Notes under the pieces: generated by a model
What the model was told of the DNA's origin: nothing
Seen by the model: only the letters and a program-made list of their open reading frames with translations
The model's database searches: none
Source of the DNA: Oceanispirochaeta sp.
Lineage (GTDB): Bacteria; Spirochaetota; Spirochaetia; DSM-2461
NCBI GenBank assembly: GCA_963663385.2
Contig: CAXXXD010000003.1
Span: 864,001-928,000, forward strand
DNA length: 64,000 nt
Direction of reading: 5' to 3'
Translations under genes and position numbers: made by a program
In this document: piece after piece, positions 29,581-40,388 of the stretch
How the letters are laid out: every line of letters starts with the position of its first letter
Position numbering within the stretch: the first letter of the stretch is position 1

Positions 29581-29642
29581 GGGCAGGGCCGTATGGTAGA
29601 AAGGAAAAATGCGATAGCCTCAGAAGCAATCAAGGAGTAAGG

Positions 29643-31235
29643 ATGCCTGATTTCAGGAACTTTGATGTAATTATTTTAGGTACCGGGATTTCCGGTCTTG
29701 CTGCTGCTGTCACAGCTTCCGAAAGAGGACTGCAGGTCGGGATCTTCAGCAAAGCAGGATCACTTGAAGAGACAAATACCTTCTATGCCCAGGGCGGGAT
29801 TGTCGGAAAAAGCCCGGAAGACAGTTCCAGTCTGTTTTCAGAAGATATCCTGAAAGCAGGGGACTATCTTAATAATATGGAAGCCGTCAAAATGGTAAGT
29901 GAAACAGGACCTGATCTGGTTGATCAGTACCTTGTGGATAAGATCGGCATTGATTTTTCCCGTAAATCCGACGGATCAATTGATTTGACACGGGAAGCGG
30001 TTCATTCCATCAGACGGATCTATCATGAAAAGGATCGGACCGGTAAAGCTATCGAACAGGGAATGCTCGAGTATGTAAAAAAAACATCTGGTATTCAGAT
30101 CTTTCCGTTTCATATGGCTATTGACCTTATTTCCATCTGTCATCACTCTCAGGATCCACAGGCCCGGTATAAATCTAACCGTATAATCGGAGCCTATGTA
30201 CTGAACTGTGAAACAAAAGAGGTGAGTGCTGTTTTCGGCGGGGCCGTCATTCTGGCAACCGGCGGTGTGGGTAATCTGTATCAGCATACATCGAATCCGT
30301 CTATTGCGACGGGTGACGGGATTGCCATGGCCTATCAGGCAGGCGCTTCCATAATTAATGCGGAATTCGTACAGTTCCATCCTACAACCCTCTATCACAG
30401 GGACGCCGAAAATTTTCTGATTTCCGAAGCTGTCAGGGGGGAGGGGGCTATTCTCCTGAACAGCAGGCATGAGCCCTTTATGCAGCGGTATAACCCGAGT
30501 CTGAAGGATCTGGCTCCCCGGGATGAGGTCGCCCGCTCCATCTATATGGAAATGGAACGCTGCGGGAAGTCCTATGTCTATCTTGATACATCCAGAATGA
30601 AAGTGGATATACCCTCCCGTTTCCCCAGCATATATGAAAAGTGTCTTGAAGTCGGTCTGGATATAACAAAAGACCCAATCCCTGTGGTTCCGGCGGCTCA
30701 CTATTTCTGCGGCGGAATTAAAGTGGATATGAATGGCAGTTCAACTGTTCCGGGACTTTTTGCTGTTGGTGAAGTTGCCTGTACGGGTGTCCATGGTGCA
30801 AACCGTCTGGCTTCGGTTTCTCTTCTGGAAGGCTTGGTCTGCGGATTGAACACAGGTAATTATGCGGCAGATAACAGGGTGTCTACTTCTCTGGAGCTCA
30901 GACGAACTATTCCGGAATGGATCTATCCCGAGAATGAAGACAAAGTGGATCCTATTTTAATCAAGAGTGATATTCAGACTATTCAAAGTCTAATGTGGAA
31001 TTATGTAGGCATTATCCGCACAAAAAAAAGGTTGGCCAGGGCTCTGTCTGATCTGAATTATCACTCCCACAGGATCGACCGGTTCTACAGGCAGGCGGGG
31101 ATTACACGGGAGCTGGTGGAGCTGCGAAACTCTGTACTGGCTGCTACTGTCATTACCAGGGCGGCTTTTAATAACCGGAGATCCCAGGGGTGTCATCACA
31201 TTGTATCCAGAGAGGGAATCCGTGAAAAAGATTGA
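29643..31235 (+). CDS. nadB: L-aspartate oxidase
   Basis: GTGISGL FAD motif, AQGGI, EFVQFHPT, LAPRD.VAR, HYFCGG and HGANRLAS. Confidence 0.94.
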   Translation: MPDFRNFDVIILGTGISGLAAAVTASERGLQVGIFSKAGSLEETNTFYAQGGIVGKSPEDSSSLFSEDILKAGDYLNNMEAVKMVSETGPDLVDQYLVDKIGIDFSRKSDGSIDLTREAVHSIRRIYHEKDRTGKAIEQGMLEYVKKTSGIQIFPFHMAIDLISICHHSQDPQARYKSNRIIGAYVLNCETKEVSAVFGGAVILATGGVGNLYQHTSNPSIATGDGIAMAYQAGASIINAEFVQFHPTTLYHRDAENFLISEAVRGEGAILLNSRHEPFMQRYNPSLKDLAPRDEVARSIYMEMERCGKSYVYLDTSRMKVDIPSRFPSIYEKCLEVGLDITKDPIPVVPAAHYFCGGIKVDMNGSSTVPGLFAVGEVACTGVHGANRLASVSLLEGLVCGLNTGNYAADNRVSTSLELRRTIPEWIYPENEDKVDPILIKSDIQTIQSLMWNYVGIIRTKKRLARALSDLNYHSHRIDRFYRQAGITRELVELRNSVLAATVITRAAFNNRRSQGCHHIVSREGIREKD

Positions 31236-32112
31236 GATCCTCTCACCGGCTAAGATCAACCTTCATCTGGAAGTAGGGGATGCAAGAACTGATGGATTCC
31301 ACAGGATTATTTCCCTTTTTCAGGCGGTTTCGCTTTTTGACAGAATGGTGTGGGAAAATACATCAAATCCCGGAGAGTGTCGGATAGCGGGGGATTTTCC
31401 CTGCTCTTCTGAGGATAATCTGATTTTCAAGGCGGTTGAAAAATTCCGGAGTCTTAGCGGTTACAAAACCGGTGTCTCGGTTTCTGTTGAAAAAAAAATC
31501 CCCCATGAAGCCGGGCTGGGAGGAGGATCTTCCAATGCCGCTGCGGCACTGAAAGCCATGGAGGCTCTCTCCGGATTAACCCTGACCAGGGATGACCGGG
31601 AAACTGCTGCATCTTCGCTGGGAAGCGATGTCCCTTTTTTCCTGTATGGATCCGCTTCTGCTGTAACAGGAAGGGGAGAAGTTGTGGAACCTGTCAGACC
31701 GAGGACGGATTTTACAGTTGTGCTTGTCAAACCTGACAGTTTAGGCATTTCCACAGCAGACGCATACCGTGCAGTAGACCTCTGGAAAAGAGATAATCCT
31801 TCTAAGCAAAATATTCTATCAAAAGAAGATATGCTTGATTTCTATAAGTTCCGCCCACCTTCTGAATGGCCTTTTTACAATACCTTTTTTGAAACTTTTA
31901 AAAATCAATACAAACCTCTTGAGTTTATTTACAATCTTCTTTATGATTCAGGAGCTGTATTTGCCGGTTTGTCTGGAAGCGGCAGTGCTGTATTCGGGAT
32001 CTTTCCTTCCGGGAAAGAAGCCGAGTGTGCCAGAGTACAATTAAAAGGATATTTTCCATTTACGGAAAGAATTAATCCTCTTAATAGCATTCCGGCCGCG
32101 AATGTAATATAA
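31222..32112 (+). CDS. ispE: 4-diphosphocytidyl-2-C-methyl-D-erythritol kinase (GTG start)
   Basis: PAKINL.L, IP..AGLGGGSSNAA, GSDVPFF and LSGSGSAVF. Confidence 0.93.
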   Translation: MKKIEILSPAKINLHLEVGDARTDGFHRIISLFQAVSLFDRMVWENTSNPGECRIAGDFPCSSEDNLIFKAVEKFRSLSGYKTGVSVSVEKKIPHEAGLGGGSSNAAAALKAMEALSGLTLTRDDRETAASSLGSDVPFFLYGSASAVTGRGEVVEPVRPRTDFTVVLVKPDSLGISTADAYRAVDLWKRDNPSKQNILSKEDMLDFYKFRPPSEWPFYNTFFETFKNQYKPLEFIYNLLYDSGAVFAGLSGSGSAVFGIFPSGKEAECARVQLKGYFPFTERINPLNSIPAANVI

Positions 32113-32148
32113 TAATATATTATTGCGCATAAGCGGTAGGAGGAGCTA

Positions 32149-32436
32149 ATGGAAATTACTGACATCCGCATTCGTAAAGTTAATGCAGACGGTAAACTTA
32201 AGGCATACGTAACGGTCACATTTGATGAATCCTTTGTGGTTCACAACGTGAAGATTATCGAAGGCGACAGCGGAGTTTTCATTGCTATGCCAAGCAGGAA
32301 GACTAAGAATGGCGTATACAAGGATGTAGCTCATCCTATTAATACGGAATTCAGGACTGTCCTTCAGGACAGAATCCTGGATGAATATAACAATTTAGAT
32401 CCTGACGCGGAGGTTCATGCCGATGCAACGGACTAA
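32149..32436 (+). CDS. spoVG: SpoVG nucleic-acid-binding regulator
   Basis: MEITDIRIR...FIAMPSRK...DVAHPIN. Confidence 0.95.
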   Translation: MEITDIRIRKVNADGKLKAYVTVTFDESFVVHNVKIIEGDSGVFIAMPSRKTKNGVYKDVAHPINTEFRTVLQDRILDEYNNLDPDAEVHADATD

Positions 32437-32457
32437 ATAAGAGATTTAACAAAAAAT

Positions 32458-32529
32458 TTGGACGTCGGCAAGCGGTAAGCCACCGGGTTTTGATCCCGGC
32501 ATTCGCAGGTTCGAATCCTGCCGTCCAAG
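32458..32529 (+). tRNA. tRNA-Gln (TTG)
   Basis: Acceptor TTGGACG/CGTCCAA; CCGGG-TTTTGAT-CCCGG; GGTTCGAATCC. Confidence 0.95.
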
Positions 32530-32562
32530 CTACTTTTTTTGTCGTTGCAAGGAGTTGATAAA

Positions 32563-33156
32563 ATGGAGCAGAAAACCCTCTCTGTTGTTGAGCGGAAAGA
32601 ATTCAAAAAGGGACCTGCAAAACAGTTAAGAAAAGAGGGAAAAATTCCCGCAGTTGTCTATGGACATGCGGCTCCTCTTCATATTTCAGTAGATGCCAGA
32701 GAATTCTCAAAAAAATTCAGGGTAGTAACCGAAAATACCATTATAATTCTGGATATGGGCGGTAAACAGACTGAAGTACTGGTAAAGGATCTTCAGGAAG
32801 ATATCATTACTGAAACTGTTAAGCACATTGATTTTTATGAAATCGAAAAAGGAAAAGTCCTTAAAACACATGTGCCCGTTCATCTGGTAGGAAATCCTAT
32901 CGGTGTTAAAGAAGGCGGACTTCTGGAGCATAAAATTGATCAGCTTGAGGTTGAATGTCTTCCCAAGGATCTTCCTGAAGACATTTCCATTAATATTGCT
33001 GAGCTGGCCATGGGTAATTCCATTCATGTAAGGGATATTGAGCTGCCTGAAGGTGTAAAAGTTCTTGATTCTGAAGAAAGAACTGTTGTTGTTGTAACAG
33101 CACCCAAGAGCGAAGTTGTAGCGTCGGACGAATCAGAAGAAGCTGCCGAGGCTTAA
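32563..33156 (+). CDS. rplY: 50S ribosomal protein L25/Ctc
   Basis: LRKEGKIPAVVYG, HIDFY, GVKEGG; start at ATG 32563 after AGGAG. Confidence 0.93.
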   Translation: MEQKTLSVVERKEFKKGPAKQLRKEGKIPAVVYGHAAPLHISVDAREFSKKFRVVTENTIIILDMGGKQTEVLVKDLQEDIITETVKHIDFYEIEKGKVLKTHVPVHLVGNPIGVKEGGLLEHKIDQLEVECLPKDLPEDISINIAELAMGNSIHVRDIELPEGVKVLDSEERTVVVVTAPKSEVVASDESEEAAEA

Positions 33157-33158
33157 TT

Positions 33159-33734
33159 CTGAATTTTCTGATGGCTGGTCTGGGAAATCCCGGATCAAAA
33201 TATCATAGGACCCGGCATAATGTCGGGTTTGATTTAATCGAGCTGCTTTCGGAGCAGCTTGTTTTGTCTCTGAAGAAGCCTCTTTTCAGACAGTATGAAT
33301 ATGCCGGAGATTTTTCAGGAACCAATTCTCTTCACCTGATCAAACCGTTAACCTATATGAATCGTTCCGGTGATATTATGCCCGGTTTGCTTCGAAGAAA
33401 AAAAATATCTACTGAAAGTCTTTTGATAATTACGGATAATATGGATTTACCTCCTGGAAAAGTCAGGATGAAAGCAAGCGGATCTTCCGCGGGTCATAAC
33501 GGGCTAAAATCCATTATTCATAACGTCGGTTCCGGCAATTTTTTCCGATTATACATAGGGGTCGGACGTCCTGAAAAAGGAACTTCTGTGGTGGATCATG
33601 TATTGGGAGAATTTTCCGGGCAGGATAGGGTAAAAGTGGATGAATCTCTTGAAAGATGCGCCCTTTTACTTTCAGGACTGCAGGAAAAGACCTTTATTCA
33701 GGTAATGAATGAAATCAATACAGGAAACAGTTGA
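33159..33734 (+). CDS. pth: Peptidyl-tRNA hydrolase (start CTG 33159 or ATG 33171)
   Basis: GLGNPG, TRHNVGF, KP.TYMNRSG and GHNGLKSI. Confidence 0.93.
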   Translation: MNFLMAGLGNPGSKYHRTRHNVGFDLIELLSEQLVLSLKKPLFRQYEYAGDFSGTNSLHLIKPLTYMNRSGDIMPGLLRRKKISTESLLIITDNMDLPPGKVRMKASGSSAGHNGLKSIIHNVGSGNFFRLYIGVGRPEKGTSVVDHVLGEFSGQDRVKVDESLERCALLLSGLQEKTFIQVMNEINTGNS

Positions 33735-35043
33735 AAGTAAAGTCTCATTATTTCTCGAATCCTGTCTGCCGGATGATGACTGCCACCTGATAGCAGCTTT
33801 TTCGGGAGGTCCCGATTCTTCCGTTTTGTTATATCTGTTAAAAAAACTCCAAAACAAGTTTGCCTATTCTCTCTCTGCCGCCTATATAAATCATAATATA
33901 CGTCCCTTTGAGGTTATGGAATCGGAACAGGATCAGCTTGTTAGAAGGGCAAAAGAGTGGGGCGTCAAACTCCATGTAAAAAAATATCCTCCCGGATTTA
34001 TAGACTACTTTGCATTGAAAACAGGTACAAGCCAGGAGGGGGCTGCCCGAAACTGCCGGTACCATTTTTTTAATAAACTGAAAAACAGGTATGAGCGTTC
34101 CCTGCTTGTGCTCGGTCATAACAGAAATGACCAGTTTGAGACGCTGGTTATGAGGATTTTTCAGGGAACAGGGATTGACGGTCTGGCTGGCATCCCCGCG
34201 GGAGATAAGAATTTGATCAGACCCTTACTGGATGTCTCCAGGGATGAGATCCTGGAATATGCAGAAAAAGAGAATATTCCCTATGTGACGGATATGACTA
34301 ATGAGACGGGGGATTACAGAAGGAACCGGATCCGGAGGGAACTCGTGCCGGTACTGTTTGATATTTTCCCCAACCCGGATGCGGCTCTTTTTGATGTCTG
34401 TAAAGAAATGCACCTGGCCGGGAAATTCTGTGCCGGCACTATCCACTGGCAGAAGAACGGGGATTCCTGGCAGCTGAAGGCTGAGGAATTTCTGATTCTT
34501 CCGCCGGGTGTCAGGAGAAATGTCCTTTTAAGGAAAATGGATGAAATCAATCGGGGTTTAATGCCCCGTGATACCCGTATTCCGGGGCGATTTCTCAAGC
34601 CACTTGATGACCTTGCAGCTGATACGGATGGTCCGGACAGGATCCTGGCGCGTGGGTACAATATTGAACTGGAAAAAAAAGACGGACTGGTTATTCTCCG
34701 GAAAAATATTAAAAAAAATACAGGCGGATTATTTCATATTCTGGAGGAGGACGCTCCTCTTGTTACAGAGGCTTTTACTCTTTCCCTGTGCAAATCCTTT
34801 GGGGTTGAGGATGAATCACCCGGTAACTTTTTAGTGCCTGTAAAATCGAATCTGTCTGTCCGGACAGGAAAAAAGGGGGATTTCAGTGTTATGGATGGTT
34901 TTGAGACTATTCTGAAACTGGATGAAAATGGAAAAATTATGTATTTTCTGTATGGAAATCAGAAAAAATCTGAAAAGATCCCAAACCTGAATGCAGATTG
35001 TGTTATAATTAAATTAGAGGTAAATTATGCCCCAGGAAGATAA
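33709..35043 (+). CDS. tilS: tRNA(Ile)-lysidine synthase
   Basis: SGGPDS PP-loop, AARNCRY, GHNRNDQ.ET, IRPLL and RNRIR. Confidence 0.92.
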   Translation: MKSIQETVESKVSLFLESCLPDDDCHLIAAFSGGPDSSVLLYLLKKLQNKFAYSLSAAYINHNIRPFEVMESEQDQLVRRAKEWGVKLHVKKYPPGFIDYFALKTGTSQEGAARNCRYHFFNKLKNRYERSLLVLGHNRNDQFETLVMRIFQGTGIDGLAGIPAGDKNLIRPLLDVSRDEILEYAEKENIPYVTDMTNETGDYRRNRIRRELVPVLFDIFPNPDAALFDVCKEMHLAGKFCAGTIHWQKNGDSWQLKAEEFLILPPGVRRNVLLRKMDEINRGLMPRDTRIPGRFLKPLDDLAADTDGPDRILARGYNIELEKKDGLVILRKNIKKNTGGLFHILEEDAPLVTEAFTLSLCKSFGVEDESPGNFLVPVKSNLSVRTGKKGDFSVMDGFETILKLDENGKIMYFLYGNQKKSEKIPNLNADCVIIKLEVNYAPGR

Positions 35044-36895
35044 TAACAACAACGGTAACGACAATTTCAATTTTAACAACAACAAGACAGCCCTGATGTT
35101 TCTGGGCCTCCTGATCCTTTTTTTTATGATTTTCTTTTCCTTTTCCAATCAAAATACATTGAATGAAATTCCCTATTCCCTCTTTCTTCAGTATGTGGAT
35201 AAAGGGATGATTTATGATGTACAGATTCTGGATCAACGTGAGATCCGGGGACGTTACGTTGATCAGTCCGATGCGAATCGCGGAGGGATATATTTTTCCA
35301 CTACCATTCCGTATTACGATGATAATCTGATGAAGCTCCTTATTGAAGAGGGAGTCAGTGTCAAGGGGGGAGAGCAGTCTGTTTCCTTTGGGCTGGTTAT
35401 GCTGCAGCTGCTTCCCTGGGGGCTGAGTTTCCTTTTTATATGGTGGATGTTCCGGAGTGTTCAGGGCGGCGGTAATAAAGCCTTCAGTTTTGGTAAAAGC
35501 AAAGCTCGTCGCTATGATCAGACCAGAGACAAGACTACCTTCGAAGATGTGGCAGGTCAGGAAGAGTCCAAATATGAATTGATGGAAGTTGTGGATTTCC
35601 TTAAAAATCCGGATAAATTTACCCGAATCGGCGCAAAGATCCCTAAGGGTGTACTCCTGGTAGGTAATCCCGGAACAGGGAAGACCCTCCTGGCAAAAGC
35701 TGTAGCCGGGGAAGCGGGGGTTCCTTTCTTTCATATGTCCGGTTCCGACTTTGTTGAAATGTTCGTCGGTGTTGGGGCAAGCCGGGTTAGGGACCTGTTT
35801 GAACAGGGGAGGAAGAACGCTCCCTGTATCCTTTTTATTGATGAAATTGATGCTGTAGGACGTACCCGGGGCGCCGGATACGGTGGCGGACATGATGAAA
35901 GAGAGCAGACACTCAATCAGCTTCTTGTTGAGATGGATGGTTTTGATACCCAATCGGCAGTAATCATTATAGCTGCAACCAACAGACCTGACGTTCTGGA
36001 TCCGGCTCTTCTACGGCCCGGACGCTTTGACCGGCAGGTTGTGGTGGATATGCCGGATGTGAAGGAAAGGGAAGCCATAATCGGGATCCATGCCCGAAAA
36101 ATTCACCTGTCTCCCAAGGTAAAACTGTCTGTTATTGCCAGGGCTACTCCGGGCAGTTCCGGGGCGGATCTGGCAAATATTGTTAATGAAGCCGCCCTGT
36201 TTGCCGCCAGAAGGGAGTCCGAGATAGTTGAAAATCAGGATTTTGAAGAAGCCCGGGACAAGGTTATGATGGGTGTAGCGAAGAAATCCCGCGTCCTTAA
36301 CATACACGAGCGGGAGATGACAGCCTATCATGAAGCGGGGCATGCCCTTCTGCATTATTACCTGAAGAATGCAGACCCTATTCACAAGGTTACCATCGTA
36401 CCCCGGGGGCGGGCCCTTGGGGTTACATTCTCGCTGCCTGAACAGGATCACTATGCCAGGAGCAGCGGATGGCTGCGTGACAGGATAACCATAAGCTATG
36501 GCGGATATGTTGCAGAGGAACTTCTGTACCAGGAAACAACCACGGGCGCCAAGAATGATATTGAGCAGGCAACCAGTATGGCCAGAAAAATGGTTTGTGA
36601 GTGGGGTATGAGTGATGAAATCGGACCAATTTCGCTTGGAAGCGATGATGAACCGATTTTTATAGGCAAGGAAATTGCCCAGCATAAAGATTATTCCGAT
36701 CAGACAGCTTTTCTGATTGACAATGAAGTCCGTCGTATATTAAATGAATCATTGGAACTGGCGAAGAAAATATTAAGTGAAAACAAAAAACAGCTTGAGG
36801 CTATTACACGGGCTCTGCTGGAAAAGGAAACTCTTAACGATGAGGAGATCCGCTTATTGCTGGGGCCTCAGTTTATGTTGAGTAAAGATAAGTAA
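35027..36895 (+). CDS. ftsH: ATP-dependent zinc metalloprotease FtsH
   Basis: 2 TM segments, [15 protein letters not shown] and HEAGH. Confidence 0.97.
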   Translation: MPQEDNNNNGNDNFNFNNNKTALMFLGLLILFFMIFFSFSNQNTLNEIPYSLFLQYVDKGMIYDVQILDQREIRGRYVDQSDANRGGIYFSTTIPYYDDNLMKLLIEEGVSVKGGEQSVSFGLVMLQLLPWGLSFLFIWWMFRSVQGGGNKAFSFGKSKARRYDQTRDKTTFEDVAGQEESKYELMEVVDFLKNPDKFTRIGAKIPKGVLLVGNPGTGKTLLAKAVAGEAGVPFFHMSGSDFVEMFVGVGASRVRDLFEQGRKNAPCILFIDEIDAVGRTRGAGYGGGHDEREQTLNQLLVEMDGFDTQSAVIIIAATNRPDVLDPALLRPGRFDRQVVVDMPDVKEREAIIGIHARKIHLSPKVKLSVIARATPGSSGADLANIVNEAALFAARRESEIVENQDFEEARDKVMMGVAKKSRVLNIHEREMTAYHEAGHALLHYYLKNADPIHKVTIVPRGRALGVTFSLPEQDHYARSSGWLRDRITISYGGYVAEELLYQETTTGAKNDIEQATSMARKMVCEWGMSDEIGPISLGSDDEPIFIGKEIAQHKDYSDQTAFLIDNEVRRILNESLELAKKILSENKKQLEAITRALLEKETLNDEEIRLLLGPQFMLSKDK

Positions 36896-36900
36896 TAAAA

Positions 36901-38547
36901 GTGAATAAATATTTTACATTTCTTTTAGTGCTCCTGGTATCTGGTTCTGCTGTTCTTTCGGCACAGAGGTCTCCAGATCCCGAAATGGCAAGGTTATACG
37001 CCCGTTATGCCTGGAATGCCTATAAGGACAAGGATTGGCAGGAATTTGCCAACCTGGTAGAGAAAGGTGTTGAATTTGATCGCGAAAATCCTGATCTTCT
37101 CTGTTTTCAGGGGTTGATCCTGCTTCGGGAACGGGATTTCCGAGGTGTCAGTGAGAAGTACAATGCCGCCTTTAAACAATCTGATAGAACGGAATTCCTC
37201 AAATGTGAAGATATTCTCTCAGTACTGTCCCGAATGTTCTATCGTCTCGGAGAGTACCGTAAGCAGACAGACCTTTTCTATGCCGCATGTGAAGACAACC
37301 GGGATGATCCGGATTTTCTCTTTTATTCGGTACTTTCATTTTATGCCCTTCAGGAAAAAGAAACCGCTATAGCTCTGGCTGAAGAGGGAGTATACCGTTT
37401 TCAGGATCAGAGATTTCTTATTCTGCTGTGCGGATGGATGGAAAATTCCGGATATCCTGTGATTCTTGATGAATTCCTCAACCGGCAGGGGATGCTTTAT
37501 CCTGATTTGATGGCCCGTATAATCATTCAGTCCGGGGGAGATACGGAAACTCTGGCAAAGGAATATATAAGCCGGATTAAAGATCTGAACAGCTGGTATT
37601 TAAGGGGATTGAATCAGGAGGAGACAGCTGAATTCCTGTTGCCCGGTGATACTGCCGGATCAAGGGTATGGCCTTCTGATGTCATAAAGGAAGTATGGAA
37701 AGAATTTCCATCCCAGAGGGGGGGGCTTAATAAACTGATTCCCGGGGATATGCTTATAGATCAGTCTGGAGACGGGATCGAGGATTGGATCATCAGAAAC
37801 GAGGGAAATTCCTTTATCTGGATACGGGATGAGAATCAGGATGGATTAGCTGATTTCAGAATCCACTGGGAATCCGTTCAGAAACTGTCCTCTGTGGAGT
37901 ATTTTCCTAGGGATTACAATTTTAGCTGTTACTATTACGACTACCCTCATGTGGATCATATAAAGATCGGCGGCGAGGAACGGAATGTACGGGAATACCT
38001 CTATCTTCCGGGTTCCTATGATTTGCCGGTCCTGACCGCTTCGGATTTTACCTGGTTGAGTTGTTTTGATATCAATAAGGGAAACACTCCCTTCTGGATG
38101 CGGTTGAGCGAATCGGATCATATGAAATACTGTTACTCCTTAAAAGATTCTGTAACAGATTCGGCTTCCGGGTTGTTCAGAGAATATACCGTGATAAATG
38201 GTTCCATTAAACGGTTCAGAGAGGATTCCAATTTTGATGGATACTTTGACAGGATGGTTCTTCTGGAAGACTGGGCCCCGGTTGAGGGGTATCGGGATTT
38301 GAACCTGGACGGTGTCTTCGACCTGAAAGAGATCTATTCCGGAGGTCGTTTATCCGGGATTGAGGTTCAGGGTGATAGAAGCCGTATTGAAGAGTATTAT
38401 GATTTATGGAATAGTAAACGGTATCAATTGTGGAATTTTGACCAGACCAGTTTTTTTGATGCAATACTTATTCAGAATGCAGATTTAACCTGGGCTGAGT
38501 TATCACTGGATTCCAAAATTTTTATGCAAACAGGCAGTGATGAATGA
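36901..38547 (+). CDS. Exported hypothetical protein (TPR-like N-terminus, DxNxDG repeats)
   Basis: Signal peptide; DQSGDG, DENQDG, DSNFDG and DLNLDG motifs. Confidence 0.65.
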   Translation: MNKYFTFLLVLLVSGSAVLSAQRSPDPEMARLYARYAWNAYKDKDWQEFANLVEKGVEFDRENPDLLCFQGLILLRERDFRGVSEKYNAAFKQSDRTEFLKCEDILSVLSRMFYRLGEYRKQTDLFYAACEDNRDDPDFLFYSVLSFYALQEKETAIALAEEGVYRFQDQRFLILLCGWMENSGYPVILDEFLNRQGMLYPDLMARIIIQSGGDTETLAKEYISRIKDLNSWYLRGLNQEETAEFLLPGDTAGSRVWPSDVIKEVWKEFPSQRGGLNKLIPGDMLIDQSGDGIEDWIIRNEGNSFIWIRDENQDGLADFRIHWESVQKLSSVEYFPRDYNFSCYYYDYPHVDHIKIGGEERNVREYLYLPGSYDLPVLTASDFTWLSCFDINKGNTPFWMRLSESDHMKYCYSLKDSVTDSASGLFREYTVINGSIKRFREDSNFDGYFDRMVLLEDWAPVEGYRDLNLDGVFDLKEIYSGGRLSGIEVQGDRSRIEEYYDLWNSKRYQLWNFDQTSFFDAILIQNADLTWAELSLDSKIFMQTGSDE

Positions 38548-40343
38548 TACCGAAAAAAATACAGTTTCTTTTATTTTCCGTACCCGGTTTTCTTTCTCTT
38601 TTTATTTTCTCTTGCGCTACTGATTCTGAACAACCAGTAGACAATCCTGTTTATTATGATCAGGCTGAAAGAATTGTAGGACAGATAGATAGTCTCCTGG
38701 AAGATGAAAAACCCGCCGAAGCTCTACAGTGGATTATTTTTTACCGGGAGAGGGGCGAACGATCTGATCTGGATTTGAATACGCGGGAAAAGCTGGCTCT
38801 TTCCGATCTGGCTGAATTGTTCAAAAAGGCAATAGAGGAAAAGGATTATTCTAGAGCTCTTGGAATTTATGGTTCCCTGAAAACTGTTGGACATCATGAT
38901 ATTCTCGGAGAGGGAGTCAGCCCGGAATCCATCAAGACGGCGCATGTCCGCTCTCTTGCGGAGAAGGAAAGGGTGGGGGCTGCCGCATCACTTTTATCAT
39001 ACGCTTATGTTTCAACTGCGGATTTCAGTAAAGAAGATCTTGATTATCTGGAATCCAGTTTTACTGCGGGGGAGAACCGGGAAGCCCTCAGTAAGATTGT
39101 CGCCGAAAAAATGGAACGGAAAATGGAAATGAATGATAGTTCTGTTGAGTTATTGAATAAAGCTATCACCATGGAAGATCTTATAAGGGGTACAGTAACA
39201 GTCTGGGTTGATAAAGGGCTTCGGCTGGAGGGCGGAATAGGATATCCGGATCAGGTTATCGGCAGTGGGTTTTTCATTGACAAGAACGGTTACCTTCTGA
39301 CGAACTATCACGTAATTGAAAGTGAAGTGGATCCTGAATATCATGGGCATTCCAAACTGTTTATAAAGCTGTCTGATGACAGGGGTGAAAAAATACCGGC
39401 CCGGGTCATAGGTTGGGACCGTCACTTCGATCTGGCTCTGCTGAAAACGGAAATTGAAGCTCCCTATGTCTTTTCCTTCTCTTCTGAAGATGAATACAGA
39501 CTTGGACAGCAGATAATTGCCATCGGTTCTCCCGGAGGGCTGAATAACTCTATCACTTCCGGGACTGTTTCGGCTGTGAACAGGGCAATGCTTGCCATGG
39601 GGGAAACCGTACAGATTGATGTCCCGATTAACCCCGGTAACAGCGGCGGCCCTCTGCTGAGTCCTGACGGGCTGGTGAAGGGGGTTATTTTTGCCGGTAT
39701 CGAAGATTTCGAAGGTATTAACTTTGCCATCTACGGCAGTTATGTGAAAAAACTTCTCCCTGCCCTTTATGAAGGGGGCGCTCTGGTTCATCCCTGGCTG
39801 GGGATTGGTGGTTTTCAGGAGTATGGTTCTCTTGAAACTCTCTATGTCGTTCCCGATTCACCTGCCAGTCTGGCAGGTATAGTGAGGGGGGATGCGATTC
39901 TCAGTATTAACGGCGTTACCATAGAAAGGAATCAGGAGGCAAGGGATCAGATCCTTGCATTGGAACCCGGTACAATTGTGAATCTGGAGTGGGACAAGAA
40001 TGGAAAGGCAGTCAATTCCAAGATTGCCCTGGCGGAAAGACCCGATATTCCTTTTGTGTATGCCATTCATCATGACAGGAAGGATGATCTGATCCCGGCC
40101 TTTTTCGGCATGGTTCTTGAAAAAGTCAGGAAGGAACAGTACCGGGTAAGCAAGGTTTATACGGGCAGCTATGCCGACGAAGCCAGCATTTCGAACAATG
40201 ATGTGATTTCACTGAAAAAATGGCAGGTTTTTGAGGAGGAGGGTTATGTTTTGATGCAGTTCCTGTTCAAGGGGGTTAAGGTCGGTTATCTGGAAAGTGT
40301 AATCCAGCTGGGAGCCGCTCTGGAATCTGCTATCTTTTTCTAA
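38544..40343 (+). CDS. Trypsin-like (S1C/HtrA-like) serine protease with PDZ; probable lipoprotein
   Basis: FIFSC lipobox; GSGFF, TNYHV, DLALLK and INPGNSGGPL. Confidence 0.88.
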   Translation: MIPKKIQFLLFSVPGFLSLFIFSCATDSEQPVDNPVYYDQAERIVGQIDSLLEDEKPAEALQWIIFYRERGERSDLDLNTREKLALSDLAELFKKAIEEKDYSRALGIYGSLKTVGHHDILGEGVSPESIKTAHVRSLAEKERVGAAASLLSYAYVSTADFSKEDLDYLESSFTAGENREALSKIVAEKMERKMEMNDSSVELLNKAITMEDLIRGTVTVWVDKGLRLEGGIGYPDQVIGSGFFIDKNGYLLTNYHVIESEVDPEYHGHSKLFIKLSDDRGEKIPARVIGWDRHFDLALLKTEIEAPYVFSFSSEDEYRLGQQIIAIGSPGGLNNSITSGTVSAVNRAMLAMGETVQIDVPINPGNSGGPLLSPDGLVKGVIFAGIEDFEGINFAIYGSYVKKLLPALYEGGALVHPWLGIGGFQEYGSLETLYVVPDSPASLAGIVRGDAILSINGVTIERNQEARDQILALEPGTIVNLEWDKNGKAVNSKIALAERPDIPFVYAIHHDRKDDLIPAFFGMVLEKVRKEQYRVSKVYTGSYADEASISNNDVISLKKWQVFEEEGYVLMQFLFKGVKVGYLESVIQLGAALESAIFF

Positions 40344-40388
40344 TTGCCTTGATTGAAAAAAAATATAACTTCGTATATAGTGCAACCC

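Noticed and set aside
29342..29633. Minus-strand ORFs over the nadC-nadB interval, and assignment to known NAD+-I/II riboswitches
   Set aside because: The internal peptide repeats simply reflect the DNA duplication, and I recognise no consensus of either riboswitch class.
35027..35085. Asn-rich (AAC/AAT) start of ftsH as a Q-sensing or phase-variable tract
   Set aside because: It is short, impure and in frame, consistent with an ordinary low-complexity N-terminus.
35009..35953. Long antisense ORFs (e.g. 8870..9757, 18224..18988, 35009..35953, 52791..53627)
   Set aside because: They lie opposite well-conserved genes, lack motifs, and are explained by codon bias.
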